Source of the DNA: Cenarchaeum sp.
GTDB lineage: Archaea; Thermoproteota; Nitrososphaeria; Nitrososphaerales; Nitrosopumilaceae
Direction of reading: 5' to 3'
Length of the DNA: 64,000 nucleotides
Assembly: GCA_963692915.1 (NCBI GenBank)
Contig: OY843584.1
Location: 1-64,000, forward strand
A program made the position numbers and the translations under genes. The notes under the pieces are model-generated. The model did not search any database, was not told the DNA's origin, and saw nothing but the letters and a program-made list of their open reading frames with translations. This document shows, piece by piece, positions 1 to 10,547 of the stretch (its first letter is position 1; each line of letters begins with the position of its first letter).

Positions 1-3000
1 TTCAGCCAGGGCGGCAACGTGGAGGTCCAGTACCGCCGCGGCGGCGGCACCCAGTCGGTCACGCTCAACTACGACACCGTCGAGGACTATGCGTCCCTCT
101 CGCTCCTGGACCGCACGACGTTCCCCGGCGGCGGCGCGCAGGTCCACTTTGAGATAACAGACACGTGGCTCGACGTCGACCCTACCGACGAGGACTCGTG
201 GACGTGGGACGTGGAGGGTCCCGACGAGGGCAGGGTCGTCTACCAGGCCTTTGACGAGAACGGCGTGCGCCAGGACAACGCGGTGGACATATCCGCCGAG
301 CTCTCGGGGCTAATGTGCGACACCAACTGCCTGCTAAGGCTCGACCGCGACACCAACGGCTACGACGTCCTCGAGTACGCCGACAACGACGACAGCGGCC
401 TGCGCCTGTTCGGCACGGCCGACGACGCGGCGGCCGACCAGCTGATCACGGTCACCGAGACGAGCTCCTCCAGCGGCGTCTTCACGTCCTACGACGAGAA
501 CGACAAGTCGGTCCTGGTCACCGCGTCGGATGACGCCACGACGACCGCCGTCGAGCCGCCGAGGGACACCACGGCGACCATAGACTACAACGAGACGCCC
601 CAGAGCGTGTCCATAGGCTACGCCTTTGCGACCATACAGATCCAGCCCACCGGCGACGCTTGGCTCTCCGGCCAGGAGATACCGGTCGTCCTGACGGACG
701 CCGACGCAAACCGCAACAGCCTGGCCGACGAGGACCTCGACGTGCTGGACGCCACCCACATCATACCGACGCTCGTGACGGGCAGCCCGATCACCCTGGC
801 CGGCGCCTCCGCGGTCGCCGTAGCCGCTAGCGCCCTGACCACGGCCAGCGGGACTGCGTACACCGCCTCCTCGCTGTTTGACAGCGGCGCCGGCGCGCTC
901 ACGGTGGATTCTGATGCGGCGGATCCGTCGCTTAGGGCAACGGTGGACTCTGACTCGTCGGACCCGATGCAGACCATGATCATAGACTACGGCACTGCCG
1001 CGTCACACCACTCCGCGGGCACGGTCACGACGGTCTTCAACTATGACTTTGGCAACCTCGAGTTCGCCGAAACCGTGGCCACGTCTGACCGTAACGTCGA
1101 CGTCTACGCGCTGGTTGGCACGGGGGCCACGATCTTTGCATCAAACACGCACCTTGACGGCGTCACGCCGTACGTGATCGAGACCGACGCGGCGCTAAGG
1201 GGCACGGTGTTGCTGCCCGAAGCAGCGCGCACGCAGCTGGCTGGCGCAGGCACGTCGCTTGGCCTCATGGCGCAATTTGGGGCCAACGTTCCCGAGCCGG
1301 GCGATCCAGTCATACTCATCGCCGACGTCATGTCCTTCGGCTTCACCGACGACGGCGTCGAGTCCGGGGAGCGCATAGCCAACCAGGTGGTGCGCCTCGA
1401 GCTCGAGGAGAGCGGGGACAACACGGGCCTCTTTGAGGGCACGCTCGAGTACGCCATGGTCAACCAGCTCAGCATCGCCGACTCCTCGACGTACTCGGGC
1501 CTGGCCCTCATCGACGACGAGGCCACGCTCATCGCGATCGAGGACCTCACCGACGAGGACACGCTCACGGTCACCTACAACGACCTCGGCCGCGACGGCG
1601 TCGTGACGCCCGTCTCGGACGACAAGGCAGCCCCGTCGCACTCGGGCACCGTCTCGCTGGACGCGACGAGCTACAAGATAGCCGACACGGTCACCGTCAC
1701 GCTCCGCGACGCCGACCTCAACACGAGCTCCGACACGACGGAGGTCTACACGATACCGGCCACCAAGGACTACGTCGGCATGTCCGACGCCACGTACGAC
1801 GTCGTGCACAGCTTTGGCGCGCTCGGCCGCATGGCGGACATCACGTTTGACGACTCGGAGTGGGGGGCAGGCACGTGCACGGGCCTCGGCTCGTCGGACA
1901 ACGGCCTGCGCGCCACGGGCTTCACGCTCCGCGAGACGTCTGCGGCCTCGGGCGTCTTTGAGGGCGACTTCCAGATACCGTCAAGGTGGTGCGCGCCGGG
2001 CGAGGCGGCCGCCGAGTCGGTCACGGGCCTGGACATCGAGGTCAACTATGTCGACTACCGCGACGCGTCGGGCGAGATAATCGAGGTCGGCGACGGCGCG
2101 GGCGTGCGAGCCAACACGGGCTCCGTGTCGCTTGACCGCCCTGTTTACCCTGTGCCGTTCGGCGCAGACGGGGAGGGGTCAAACTTCCAGACGTACGGCA
2201 TCGCGGGCAACGAGCGCGCGAGGCTCTCGGCGCACGACGTGACCGTCCACGTGCGCGTCTCGGACCCTGACTTTGACGTCTCGGCGTCCGGCTCGGACAC
2301 GCTCGGCGAGACGGTTGCGCGCACGACCGGCGAGGGCGACGCGTACGGCCCGCTCAGGATATCGGTGCAGAGGGGATCCGACAATGTCGTCCTCGGCTAC
2401 GCCGGCGGGCCGACGGCGCTGGGCGAGACAGTCCCGGGCGACAACCCCGCCGACGGGGACAGGCTGGTTCGCCCGCTCGCCGAGGTCTTTTCGCCCTACG
2501 CCGACAACCCGACGCGCACGATAGCGCACACTGGCGGCTCTGCGACGTACACGCAGGCCAACTCCATAGAGCACGGCCCGCTCACCGAGACGGCTCCGTC
2601 CTCGGGCACCTTTGAGCTCGACCTCGGCATATCGTGGGACCAGGGCCCGCCCTCCAGCGAGTGCCCCGGCGGCCTCGCGACGTCCACGTGCATCCTCCAG
2701 GGCGACATCCTCGTCGTGGAGTACACCGACCCCGCCGACGCCTCGGGCAACCCGCAGACGGTGACGGACTCGGCGACCTTTGACATGCGCAACGCGGTCC
2801 TGCGCTCGGACAAGTCCGTCTACATCATCGGCTCCGACATGATACTCACGCTCATCGAGCCCGACCTCGACCTCGACAACGACACGGCCGAGACGTACAC
2901 GCTCGACCTGATAGAGTGGGACGACGACGACTCCGTAGTGACCCTGCGCAACAACGCCTTTGACCCCGAGCCGACCTCGCTGCGCGAGACGGGCGACTCG

Positions 3001-4308
3001 ACGGGCATCTTCCAGGTCGTAGTCGAGATACCCGCCACGCTCACCACCGACGGCGGCCGCGAGGACGACCTCGAGCGAGGAGAGGAGATAGAGCTGACCT
3101 ACCAGGACTGGAGCCCCGCCGGCGCCGACTATGTCGGGCAGACCGACGAGGAGATAGAGTGGTCGATATTCACGTCGGACTTTGGCGCGACGATCGAGCT
3201 CGACCAGGCCGTCTACACGTGGACCGACAAGGTCTTCATCACAGTAGTTGCCCCCGACCACAACTTTGACAGCAACCTCATCGACGAGATAGGCGACACG
3301 ACCGAGGACCCGCTCCAGGTCTCCACGCGCGAGGGCGGCACGCTTGACAACTACCGCCTCACCGAGACGGGCACCGACACGGGCATATTCAGCGGCGAGG
3401 TCATACTCACCGGGTTCGAGCACGACGCCGACGGCGACGGCAGCACGGGCACCAGCGGCAACGACAGGCTCAACCTGCCGGCCAGGGGCAACGGCCCGAC
3501 TGACGGGATGATAGCTGCCGACGACGACGACGGCATCACGGTATCGTACGAGTACAACGACGACGAGCACGTCATAGGCTCGGCGCTCATACGCTGGAAC
3601 GTGGGCGACACGCAGTGGCTCGAGGCCAGCTATCCCGCGTCCGGCTCCGGAGTGGTCAGGGTCGTCGACCCCGACATGAACTGGAACCCCGAGGCAGTCG
3701 ACAACTTTGAGGTCGACGTCTACTCGGACGCAGACGCCGGCGGCATAAACCTCACGGTCACCGAGACGCAGGAGGCCTCGGGCATCTTCGAGGGCACCGT
3801 CATCTTCACGCTCACCGACCAGTCCTCGGGCCACCGCCTCAGGGTCGCCGAGGGCGACACCGTCACGGCGCGCTATGACGACAACACCCTGCCCGACCCC
3901 TACACGCGCAACGACGAGCTAGAGGTCGAGGGCACCACGATAATCGGCACGCTCGTGCCACCGCTCGAGAGGGCCGTCGTGAGCAACGTGCGCCTGACTG
4001 ACAACTCGGGCAACCCGCTGGACACCGTCGCCGTCGGCCAGCAGGTCCAGGTGACCGGCCAGGTCACGAGCGGCCAGGAGACCGAGCAGGCCTACGCCTA
4101 CCTCGTGCAGGTCAACGACTCGAGCGACGTCACGCTCTCGCTCACGTGGACCAGCGGCACGCTCAACGCGGGCCAGTCCCTCACGCCGTCGATGTCCTGG
4201 CAGCCGACTGCGGCCGGCGAGTACACGGCGACGGTCTTCGTCTGGGAGTCCATCGACAACCCCACGGCGCTCTCGCCGCAGGCAGAGCTGCCCTTCACGG
4301 TCGGCTAG
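1..4308 (+). CDS. S-layer protein, copy 1 (5' end lies outside the window)
   Basis: Identical to the C-terminal ~1430 aa of the 1683-aa ORFs. Confidence 0.9.
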   Translation, partial: FSQGGNVEVQYRRGGGTQSVTLNYDTVEDYASLSLLDRTTFPGGGAQVHFEITDTWLDVDPTDEDSWTWDVEGPDEGRVVYQAFDENGVRQDNAVDISAELSGLMCDTNCLLRLDRDTNGYDVLEYADNDDSGLRLFGTADDAAADQLITVTETSSSSGVFTSYDENDKSVLVTASDDATTTAVEPPRDTTATIDYNETPQSVSIGYAFATIQIQPTGDAWLSGQEIPVVLTDADANRNSLADEDLDVLDATHIIPTLVTGSPITLAGASAVAVAASALTTASGTAYTASSLFDSGAGALTVDSDAADPSLRATVDSDSSDPMQTMIIDYGTAASHHSAGTVTTVFNYDFGNLEFAETVATSDRNVDVYALVGTGATIFASNTHLDGVTPYVIETDAALRGTVLLPEAARTQLAGAGTSLGLMAQFGANVPEPGDPVILIADVMSFGFTDDGVESGERIANQVVRLELEESGDNTGLFEGTLEYAMVNQLSIADSSTYSGLALIDDEATLIAIEDLTDEDTLTVTYNDLGRDGVVTPVSDDKAAPSHSGTVSLDATSYKIADTVTVTLRDADLNTSSDTTEVYTIPATKDYVGMSDATYDVVHSFGALGRMADITFDDSEWGAGTCTGLGSSDNGLRATGFTLRETSAASGVFEGDFQIPSRWCAPGEAAAESVTGLDIEVNYVDYRDASGEIIEVGDGAGVRANTGSVSLDRPVYPVPFGADGEGSNFQTYGIAGNERARLSAHDVTVHVRVSDPDFDVSASGSDTLGETVARTTGEGDAYGPLRISVQRGSDNVVLGYAGGPTALGETVPGDNPADGDRLVRPLAEVFSPYADNPTRTIAHTGGSATYTQANSIEHGPLTETAPSSGTFELDLGISWDQGPPSSECPGGLATSTCILQGDILVVEYTDPADASGNPQTVTDSATFDMRNAVLRSDKSVYIIGSDMILTLIEPDLDLDNDTAETYTLDLIEWDDDDSVVTLRNNAFDPEPTSLRETGDSTGIFQVVVEIPATLTTDGGREDDLERGEEIELTYQDWSPAGADYVGQTDEEIEWSIFTSDFGATIELDQAVYTWTDKVFITVVAPDHNFDSNLIDEIGDTTEDPLQVSTREGGTLDNYRLTETGTDTGIFSGEVILTGFEHDADGDGSTGTSGNDRLNLPARGNGPTDGMIAADDDDGITVSYEYNDDEHVIGSALIRWNVGDTQWLEASYPASGSGVVRVVDPDMNWNPEAVDNFEVDVYSDADAGGINLTVTETQEASGIFEGTVIFTLTDQSSGHRLRVAEGDTVTARYDDNTLPDPYTRNDELEVEGTTIIGTLVPPLERAVVSNVRLTDNSGNPLDTVAVGQQVQVTGQVTSGQETEQAYAYLVQVNDSSDVTLSLTWTSGTLNAGQSLTPSMSWQPTAAGEYTATVFVWESIDNPTALSPQAELPFTVG

Positions 4309-4343
4309 GCCGGCTCGCTGGCGCCTTGGAAGTAGATTCTCGA

Positions 4344-5261
4344 ATGGGTGCCCTGCGCGGCGCCGACGCTCTGATCTTTGACTGCGACGGCGTGCTCGTC
4401 GACGTGTCTGCCTCGTACGACGCGACGATCGCGCTGACCGTGGGGCGCCTGCTGGGCAAGCTCGGCGCGCGAGCGCGCCTCGACGTAGACCGGCCGCTGA
4501 TCGAGGGCTTCAAGGCCACCGGCGGGTTCAACGACGAGGTCGACCTGGCGTACGCGGCGGTCCTGTGCGCGGTGGCCGCCGGACTCTCGGGGCGCGGCGC
4601 GCGCGGGCTGGCCGCCGGCATGTGCGCCTCGATGGGTTCCGGCGGCATCGCGGAGGCCGAGCGCCTGCTCGCGGAGGTCGCCGACATCGCGCCGGCAGTC
4701 AGGGAGCTCGCCCACCCCGGCGCGGGGAGCGCGGTGAGCGCCGCCTTTAACAGGATCTTTTACGGCCCGCGGCTCCGCCCGCGGCTGTTCGGCGCCGGCG
4801 AGCCGCCCGGCGGGCACGGCATGGTCGAGTCTGACGCCCTGATCGTCGACGTGGCCACGGTGAGCCTGCTGCGGGGAGTCACTGGCCGCAGGCCGGCGGT
4901 GGTCACGGGCCGCGGGCGCGCCGCCTTTGAGCACACCGTCAGGGAGCCTCTCCGATCAGGGTTTGACCTCGGCGCCTCGGCGTTCCTGGAGGACGAGCCG
5001 CGCAGCCTCGCAAAGCCGGCCCCCGAGGCGCTCGTCCGGGCGATCCGCGGCCTCGGCTGCGAGCGCGCGGTCTACGTGGGCGACTCGATGGAGGACCTGC
5101 TGATGGCCAGGGCGGCTGCGCGCTCAGGCCGCCCCGTCGCGTTCTGCGGAGTCACGGGCACCGCGGCCGACCCCGCCGCGCGGCGCCTCATGTTCGAGCG
5201 CGCCGGCGCCGAGGCGACGGTGGGCTCGGCGGCGGACGTCGCGCCGCTGCTGCGCGCATAG
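4344..5261 (+). CDS. HAD-superfamily hydrolase (possible histidinol-phosphate phosphatase), copy 1
   Basis: HAD motif I FDCDGVLVD, motif II VVTGR, KP motif and motif IV YVGDSMED. ATG at 4344 chosen as start. Confidence 0.85.
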   Translation: MGALRGADALIFDCDGVLVDVSASYDATIALTVGRLLGKLGARARLDVDRPLIEGFKATGGFNDEVDLAYAAVLCAVAAGLSGRGARGLAAGMCASMGSGGIAEAERLLAEVADIAPAVRELAHPGAGSAVSAAFNRIFYGPRLRPRLFGAGEPPGGHGMVESDALIVDVATVSLLRGVTGRRPAVVTGRGRAAFEHTVREPLRSGFDLGASAFLEDEPRSLAKPAPEALVRAIRGLGCERAVYVGDSMEDLLMARAAARSGRPVAFCGVTGTAADPAARRLMFERAGAEATVGSAADVAPLLRA

Positions 5262-5425
5262 GCGCAGCCTCGCCGCCTGGAGGGAGTTTCTGCCACCCGG
5301 CGGCGATCACGCGCACGGCATATGGAGATCCTGCGGGTTTGGCGCGATTTTCCGCGCGTTTTGGCCCACACGCCCAAATGCGTGCTGCGCATGGGCGGGC
5401 ATCGCGGTCAAATCGTCCATCAGGG

Positions 5426-5432
5426 TTATATA
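5426..5432 (+). promoter_or_regulatory. TATA box of the S-layer gene (repeated at 11630-11636)
   Basis: TTATATA about 30 nt upstream of the ATG at 5461, the only strongly AT-rich patch in a GC-rich intergenic region. Confidence 0.7.
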
Positions 5433-5460
5433 GTCATCCTGGGCACCCCTGTCCTGTAGA

Positions 5461-8400
5461 ATGTCCGGAAAGGCAGGCAAGGCAACAAGCGTGTTCCTAA
5501 TGGCGATCATGGTCGCCGGAGGGCTGACGTTCGCCATCCCCGGCGTGCAGCCGGCGATGGCGCAGTCGACGAACGCCAACCTCTCCGTCTCGGCCGAGAG
5601 CACGGCCTTTGGCAACTACTTCTCCGGCCCGCAGGTCGTCGAGATCGTCATAGTGGATCCGGCCATAGACGAGACCAACGAGGCCAAGGGTGAGCCGGAC
5701 GTAAAGCTGAACGGCAAGAAGGTCAGGATGATACAGGCGACGGACGGCAAGTGGTACGCCTACGTCGCCAACAAGGCGCAGGCCGAGCTGGCCGACGGTA
5801 CTGCCGACGCCAACCCTGGGCAGGGGCTTGACTTTGGCACCATATGCCTGGACACGGGCGACGCCGATCGCGTCCTGGAGACGGCGCTGGATGCCAACGC
5901 TGGATACTTTTCTGACACGACGGGCGTGGCATTCCCGTTCCAGCAGGCGACCTACTCGTCAGACACCGACACGGATCCTACCCCGATCGCCACGGATTGC
6001 ACCGTCGCCGAGCAAGTCACCGCGGGGCTCAGGGCGGTGACATCGAGTGAGCTCACCGCCAGCACGACGACGATGAACGTCGTGCGCGAGCCCAGGGCGG
6101 TGAACACGAACCAAAACGCCGAGTTTGGCCAGAGCGTCGTCATCGAAAACGCCGTGACGGACGAGGCCCGCGCCGGCGTGTGGCCTTTCATACAGCTCTT
6201 CGACTTCAGCCAGGGCGGCAACGTGGAGGTCCAGTACCGCCGCGGCGGCGGCACCCAGTCGGTCACGCTCAACTACGACACCGTCGAGGACTATGCGTCC
6301 CTCTCGCTCCTGGACCGCACGACGTTCCCCGGCGGCGGCGCGCAGGTCCACTTTGAGATAACAGACACGTGGCTCGACGTCGACCCTACCGACGAGGACT
6401 CGTGGACGTGGGACGTGGAGGGTCCCGACGAGGGCAGGGTCGTCTACCAGGCCTTTGACGAGAACGGCGTGCGCCAGGACAACGCGGTGGACATATCCGC
6501 CGAGCTCTCGGGGCTAATGTGCGACACCAACTGCCTGCTAAGGCTCGACCGCGACACCAACGGCTACGACGTCCTCGAGTACGCCGACAACGACGACAGC
6601 GGCCTGCGCCTGTTCGGCACGGCCGACGACGCGGCGGCCGACCAGCTGATCACGGTCACCGAGACGAGCTCCTCCAGCGGCGTCTTCACGTCCTACGACG
6701 AGAACGACAAGTCGGTCCTGGTCACCGCGTCGGATGACGCCACGACGACCGCCGTCGAGCCGCCGAGGGACACCACGGCGACCATAGACTACAACGAGAC
6801 GCCCCAGAGCGTGTCCATAGGCTACGCCTTTGCGACCATACAGATCCAGCCCACCGGCGACGCTTGGCTCTCCGGCCAGGAGATACCGGTCGTCCTGACG
6901 GACGCCGACGCAAACCGCAACAGCCTGGCCGACGAGGACCTCGACGTGCTGGACGCCACCCACATCATACCGACGCTCGTGACGGGCAGCCCGATCACCC
7001 TGGCCGGCGCCTCCGCGGTCGCCGTAGCCGCTAGCGCCCTGACCACGGCCAGCGGGACTGCGTACACCGCCTCCTCGCTGTTTGACAGCGGCGCCGGCGC
7101 GCTCACGGTGGATTCTGATGCGGCGGATCCGTCGCTTAGGGCAACGGTGGACTCTGACTCGTCGGACCCGATGCAGACCATGATCATAGACTACGGCACT
7201 GCCGCGTCACACCACTCCGCGGGCACGGTCACGACGGTCTTCAACTATGACTTTGGCAACCTCGAGTTCGCCGAAACCGTGGCCACGTCTGACCGTAACG
7301 TCGACGTCTACGCGCTGGTTGGCACGGGGGCCACGATCTTTGCATCAAACACGCACCTTGACGGCGTCACGCCGTACGTGATCGAGACCGACGCGGCGCT
7401 AAGGGGCACGGTGTTGCTGCCCGAAGCAGCGCGCACGCAGCTGGCTGGCGCAGGCACGTCGCTTGGCCTCATGGCGCAATTTGGGGCCAACGTTCCCGAG
7501 CCGGGCGATCCAGTCATACTCATCGCCGACGTCATGTCCTTCGGCTTCACCGACGACGGCGTCGAGTCCGGGGAGCGCATAGCCAACCAGGTGGTGCGCC
7601 TCGAGCTCGAGGAGAGCGGGGACAACACGGGCCTCTTTGAGGGCACGCTCGAGTACGCCATGGTCAACCAGCTCAGCATCGCCGACTCCTCGACGTACTC
7701 GGGCCTGGCCCTCATCGACGACGAGGCCACGCTCATCGCGATCGAGGACCTCACCGACGAGGACACGCTCACGGTCACCTACAACGACCTCGGCCGCGAC
7801 GGCGTCGTGACGCCCGTCTCGGACGACAAGGCAGCCCCGTCGCACTCGGGCACCGTCTCGCTGGACGCGACGAGCTACAAGATAGCCGACACGGTCACCG
7901 TCACGCTCCGCGACGCCGACCTCAACACGAGCTCCGACACGACGGAGGTCTACACGATACCGGCCACCAAGGACTACGTCGGCATGTCCGACGCCACGTA
8001 CGACGTCGTGCACAGCTTTGGCGCGCTCGGCCGCATGGCGGACATCACGTTTGACGACTCGGAGTGGGGGGCAGGCACGTGCACGGGCCTCGGCTCGTCG
8101 GACAACGGCCTGCGCGCCACGGGCTTCACGCTCCGCGAGACGTCTGCGGCCTCGGGCGTCTTTGAGGGCGACTTCCAGATACCGTCAAGGTGGTGCGCGC
8201 CGGGCGAGGCGGCCGCCGAGTCGGTCACGGGCCTGGACATCGAGGTCAACTATGTCGACTACCGCGACGCGTCGGGCGAGATAATCGAGGTCGGCGACGG
8301 CGCGGGCGTGCGAGCCAACACGGGCTCCGTGTCGCTTGACCGCCCTGTTTACCCTGTGCCGTTCGGCGCAGACGGGGAGGGGTCAAACTTCCAGACGTAC

Positions 8401-10512
8401 GGCATCGCGGGCAACGAGCGCGCGAGGCTCTCGGCGCACGACGTGACCGTCCACGTGCGCGTCTCGGACCCTGACTTTGACGTCTCGGCGTCCGGCTCGG
8501 ACACGCTCGGCGAGACGGTTGCGCGCACGACCGGCGAGGGCGACGCGTACGGCCCGCTCAGGATATCGGTGCAGAGGGGATCCGACAATGTCGTCCTCGG
8601 CTACGCCGGCGGGCCGACGGCGCTGGGCGAGACAGTCCCGGGCGACAACCCCGCCGACGGGGACAGGCTGGTTCGCCCGCTCGCCGAGGTCTTTTCGCCC
8701 TACGCCGACAACCCGACGCGCACGATAGCGCACACTGGCGGCTCTGCGACGTACACGCAGGCCAACTCCATAGAGCACGGCCCGCTCACCGAGACGGCTC
8801 CGTCCTCGGGCACCTTTGAGCTCGACCTCGGCATATCGTGGGACCAGGGCCCGCCCTCCAGCGAGTGCCCCGGCGGCCTCGCGACGTCCACGTGCATCCT
8901 CCAGGGCGACATCCTCGTCGTGGAGTACACCGACCCCGCCGACGCCTCGGGCAACCCGCAGACGGTGACGGACTCGGCGACCTTTGACATGCGCAACGCG
9001 GTCCTGCGCTCGGACAAGTCCGTCTACATCATCGGCTCCGACATGATACTCACGCTCATCGAGCCCGACCTCGACCTCGACAACGACACGGCCGAGACGT
9101 ACACGCTCGACCTGATAGAGTGGGACGACGACGACTCCGTAGTGACCCTGCGCAACAACGCCTTTGACCCCGAGCCGACCTCGCTGCGCGAGACGGGCGA
9201 CTCGACGGGCATCTTCCAGGTCGTAGTCGAGATACCCGCCACGCTCACCACCGACGGCGGCCGCGAGGACGACCTCGAGCGAGGAGAGGAGATAGAGCTG
9301 ACCTACCAGGACTGGAGCCCCGCCGGCGCCGACTATGTCGGGCAGACCGACGAGGAGATAGAGTGGTCGATATTCACGTCGGACTTTGGCGCGACGATCG
9401 AGCTCGACCAGGCCGTCTACACGTGGACCGACAAGGTCTTCATCACAGTAGTTGCCCCCGACCACAACTTTGACAGCAACCTCATCGACGAGATAGGCGA
9501 CACGACCGAGGACCCGCTCCAGGTCTCCACGCGCGAGGGCGGCACGCTTGACAACTACCGCCTCACCGAGACGGGCACCGACACGGGCATATTCAGCGGC
9601 GAGGTCATACTCACCGGGTTCGAGCACGACGCCGACGGCGACGGCAGCACGGGCACCAGCGGCAACGACAGGCTCAACCTGCCGGCCAGGGGCAACGGCC
9701 CGACTGACGGGATGATAGCTGCCGACGACGACGACGGCATCACGGTATCGTACGAGTACAACGACGACGAGCACGTCATAGGCTCGGCGCTCATACGCTG
9801 GAACGTGGGCGACACGCAGTGGCTCGAGGCCAGCTATCCCGCGTCCGGCTCCGGAGTGGTCAGGGTCGTCGACCCCGACATGAACTGGAACCCCGAGGCA
9901 GTCGACAACTTTGAGGTCGACGTCTACTCGGACGCAGACGCCGGCGGCATAAACCTCACGGTCACCGAGACGCAGGAGGCCTCGGGCATCTTCGAGGGCA
10001 CCGTCATCTTCACGCTCACCGACCAGTCCTCGGGCCACCGCCTCAGGGTCGCCGAGGGCGACACCGTCACGGCGCGCTATGACGACAACACCCTGCCCGA
10101 CCCCTACACGCGCAACGACGAGCTAGAGGTCGAGGGCACCACGATAATCGGCACGCTCGTGCCACCGCTCGAGAGGGCCGTCGTGAGCAACGTGCGCCTG
10201 ACTGACAACTCGGGCAACCCGCTGGACACCGTCGCCGTCGGCCAGCAGGTCCAGGTGACCGGCCAGGTCACGAGCGGCCAGGAGACCGAGCAGGCCTACG
10301 CCTACCTCGTGCAGGTCAACGACTCGAGCGACGTCACGCTCTCGCTCACGTGGACCAGCGGCACGCTCAACGCGGGCCAGTCCCTCACGCCGTCGATGTC
10401 CTGGCAGCCGACTGCGGCCGGCGAGTACACGGCGACGGTCTTCGTCTGGGAGTCCATCGACAACCCCACGGCGCTCTCGCCGCAGGCAGAGCTGCCCTTC
10501 ACGGTCGGCTAG
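5461..10512 (+). CDS. Thaumarchaeal S-layer protein (SlaA-like), copy 2, 1683 aa
   Basis: Signal peptide (LMAIMVAGGLTFAIPGVQPAMA), NANLSVSAE..FGNYFSGPQVVE N-terminus, repeated ETGxxTGxF Ig-like modules, very acidic, C-terminal VFVWESIDNPTALSP. Strongly biased codon use. Confidence 0.92.
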   Translation: MSGKAGKATSVFLMAIMVAGGLTFAIPGVQPAMAQSTNANLSVSAESTAFGNYFSGPQVVEIVIVDPAIDETNEAKGEPDVKLNGKKVRMIQATDGKWYAYVANKAQAELADGTADANPGQGLDFGTICLDTGDADRVLETALDANAGYFSDTTGVAFPFQQATYSSDTDTDPTPIATDCTVAEQVTAGLRAVTSSELTASTTTMNVVREPRAVNTNQNAEFGQSVVIENAVTDEARAGVWPFIQLFDFSQGGNVEVQYRRGGGTQSVTLNYDTVEDYASLSLLDRTTFPGGGAQVHFEITDTWLDVDPTDEDSWTWDVEGPDEGRVVYQAFDENGVRQDNAVDISAELSGLMCDTNCLLRLDRDTNGYDVLEYADNDDSGLRLFGTADDAAADQLITVTETSSSSGVFTSYDENDKSVLVTASDDATTTAVEPPRDTTATIDYNETPQSVSIGYAFATIQIQPTGDAWLSGQEIPVVLTDADANRNSLADEDLDVLDATHIIPTLVTGSPITLAGASAVAVAASALTTASGTAYTASSLFDSGAGALTVDSDAADPSLRATVDSDSSDPMQTMIIDYGTAASHHSAGTVTTVFNYDFGNLEFAETVATSDRNVDVYALVGTGATIFASNTHLDGVTPYVIETDAALRGTVLLPEAARTQLAGAGTSLGLMAQFGANVPEPGDPVILIADVMSFGFTDDGVESGERIANQVVRLELEESGDNTGLFEGTLEYAMVNQLSIADSSTYSGLALIDDEATLIAIEDLTDEDTLTVTYNDLGRDGVVTPVSDDKAAPSHSGTVSLDATSYKIADTVTVTLRDADLNTSSDTTEVYTIPATKDYVGMSDATYDVVHSFGALGRMADITFDDSEWGAGTCTGLGSSDNGLRATGFTLRETSAASGVFEGDFQIPSRWCAPGEAAAESVTGLDIEVNYVDYRDASGEIIEVGDGAGVRANTGSVSLDRPVYPVPFGADGEGSNFQTYGIAGNERARLSAHDVTVHVRVSDPDFDVSASGSDTLGETVARTTGEGDAYGPLRISVQRGSDNVVLGYAGGPTALGETVPGDNPADGDRLVRPLAEVFSPYADNPTRTIAHTGGSATYTQANSIEHGPLTETAPSSGTFELDLGISWDQGPPSSECPGGLATSTCILQGDILVVEYTDPADASGNPQTVTDSATFDMRNAVLRSDKSVYIIGSDMILTLIEPDLDLDNDTAETYTLDLIEWDDDDSVVTLRNNAFDPEPTSLRETGDSTGIFQVVVEIPATLTTDGGREDDLERGEEIELTYQDWSPAGADYVGQTDEEIEWSIFTSDFGATIELDQAVYTWTDKVFITVVAPDHNFDSNLIDEIGDTTEDPLQVSTREGGTLDNYRLTETGTDTGIFSGEVILTGFEHDADGDGSTGTSGNDRLNLPARGNGPTDGMIAADDDDGITVSYEYNDDEHVIGSALIRWNVGDTQWLEASYPASGSGVVRVVDPDMNWNPEAVDNFEVDVYSDADAGGINLTVTETQEASGIFEGTVIFTLTDQSSGHRLRVAEGDTVTARYDDNTLPDPYTRNDELEVEGTTIIGTLVPPLERAVVSNVRLTDNSGNPLDTVAVGQQVQVTGQVTSGQETEQAYAYLVQVNDSSDVTLSLTWTSGTLNAGQSLTPSMSWQPTAAGEYTATVFVWESIDNPTALSPQAELPFTVG

Positions 10513-10547
10513 GCCGGCTCGCTGGCGCCTTGGAAGTAGATTCTCGA

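Noticed and set aside
2179-3834. 551-aa minus-strand ORF (also at 8383 and 14587) and other ORFs antisense to the S-layer gene
   Set aside because: Shadow ORFs caused by extreme GC3 bias on the coding strand; V/R/G-rich with no motifs.
4146-4343. N-terminal extension of the HAD ORF overlapping the S-layer gene
   Set aside because: ORF-caller extension; HAD motif I begins just after ATG 4344.
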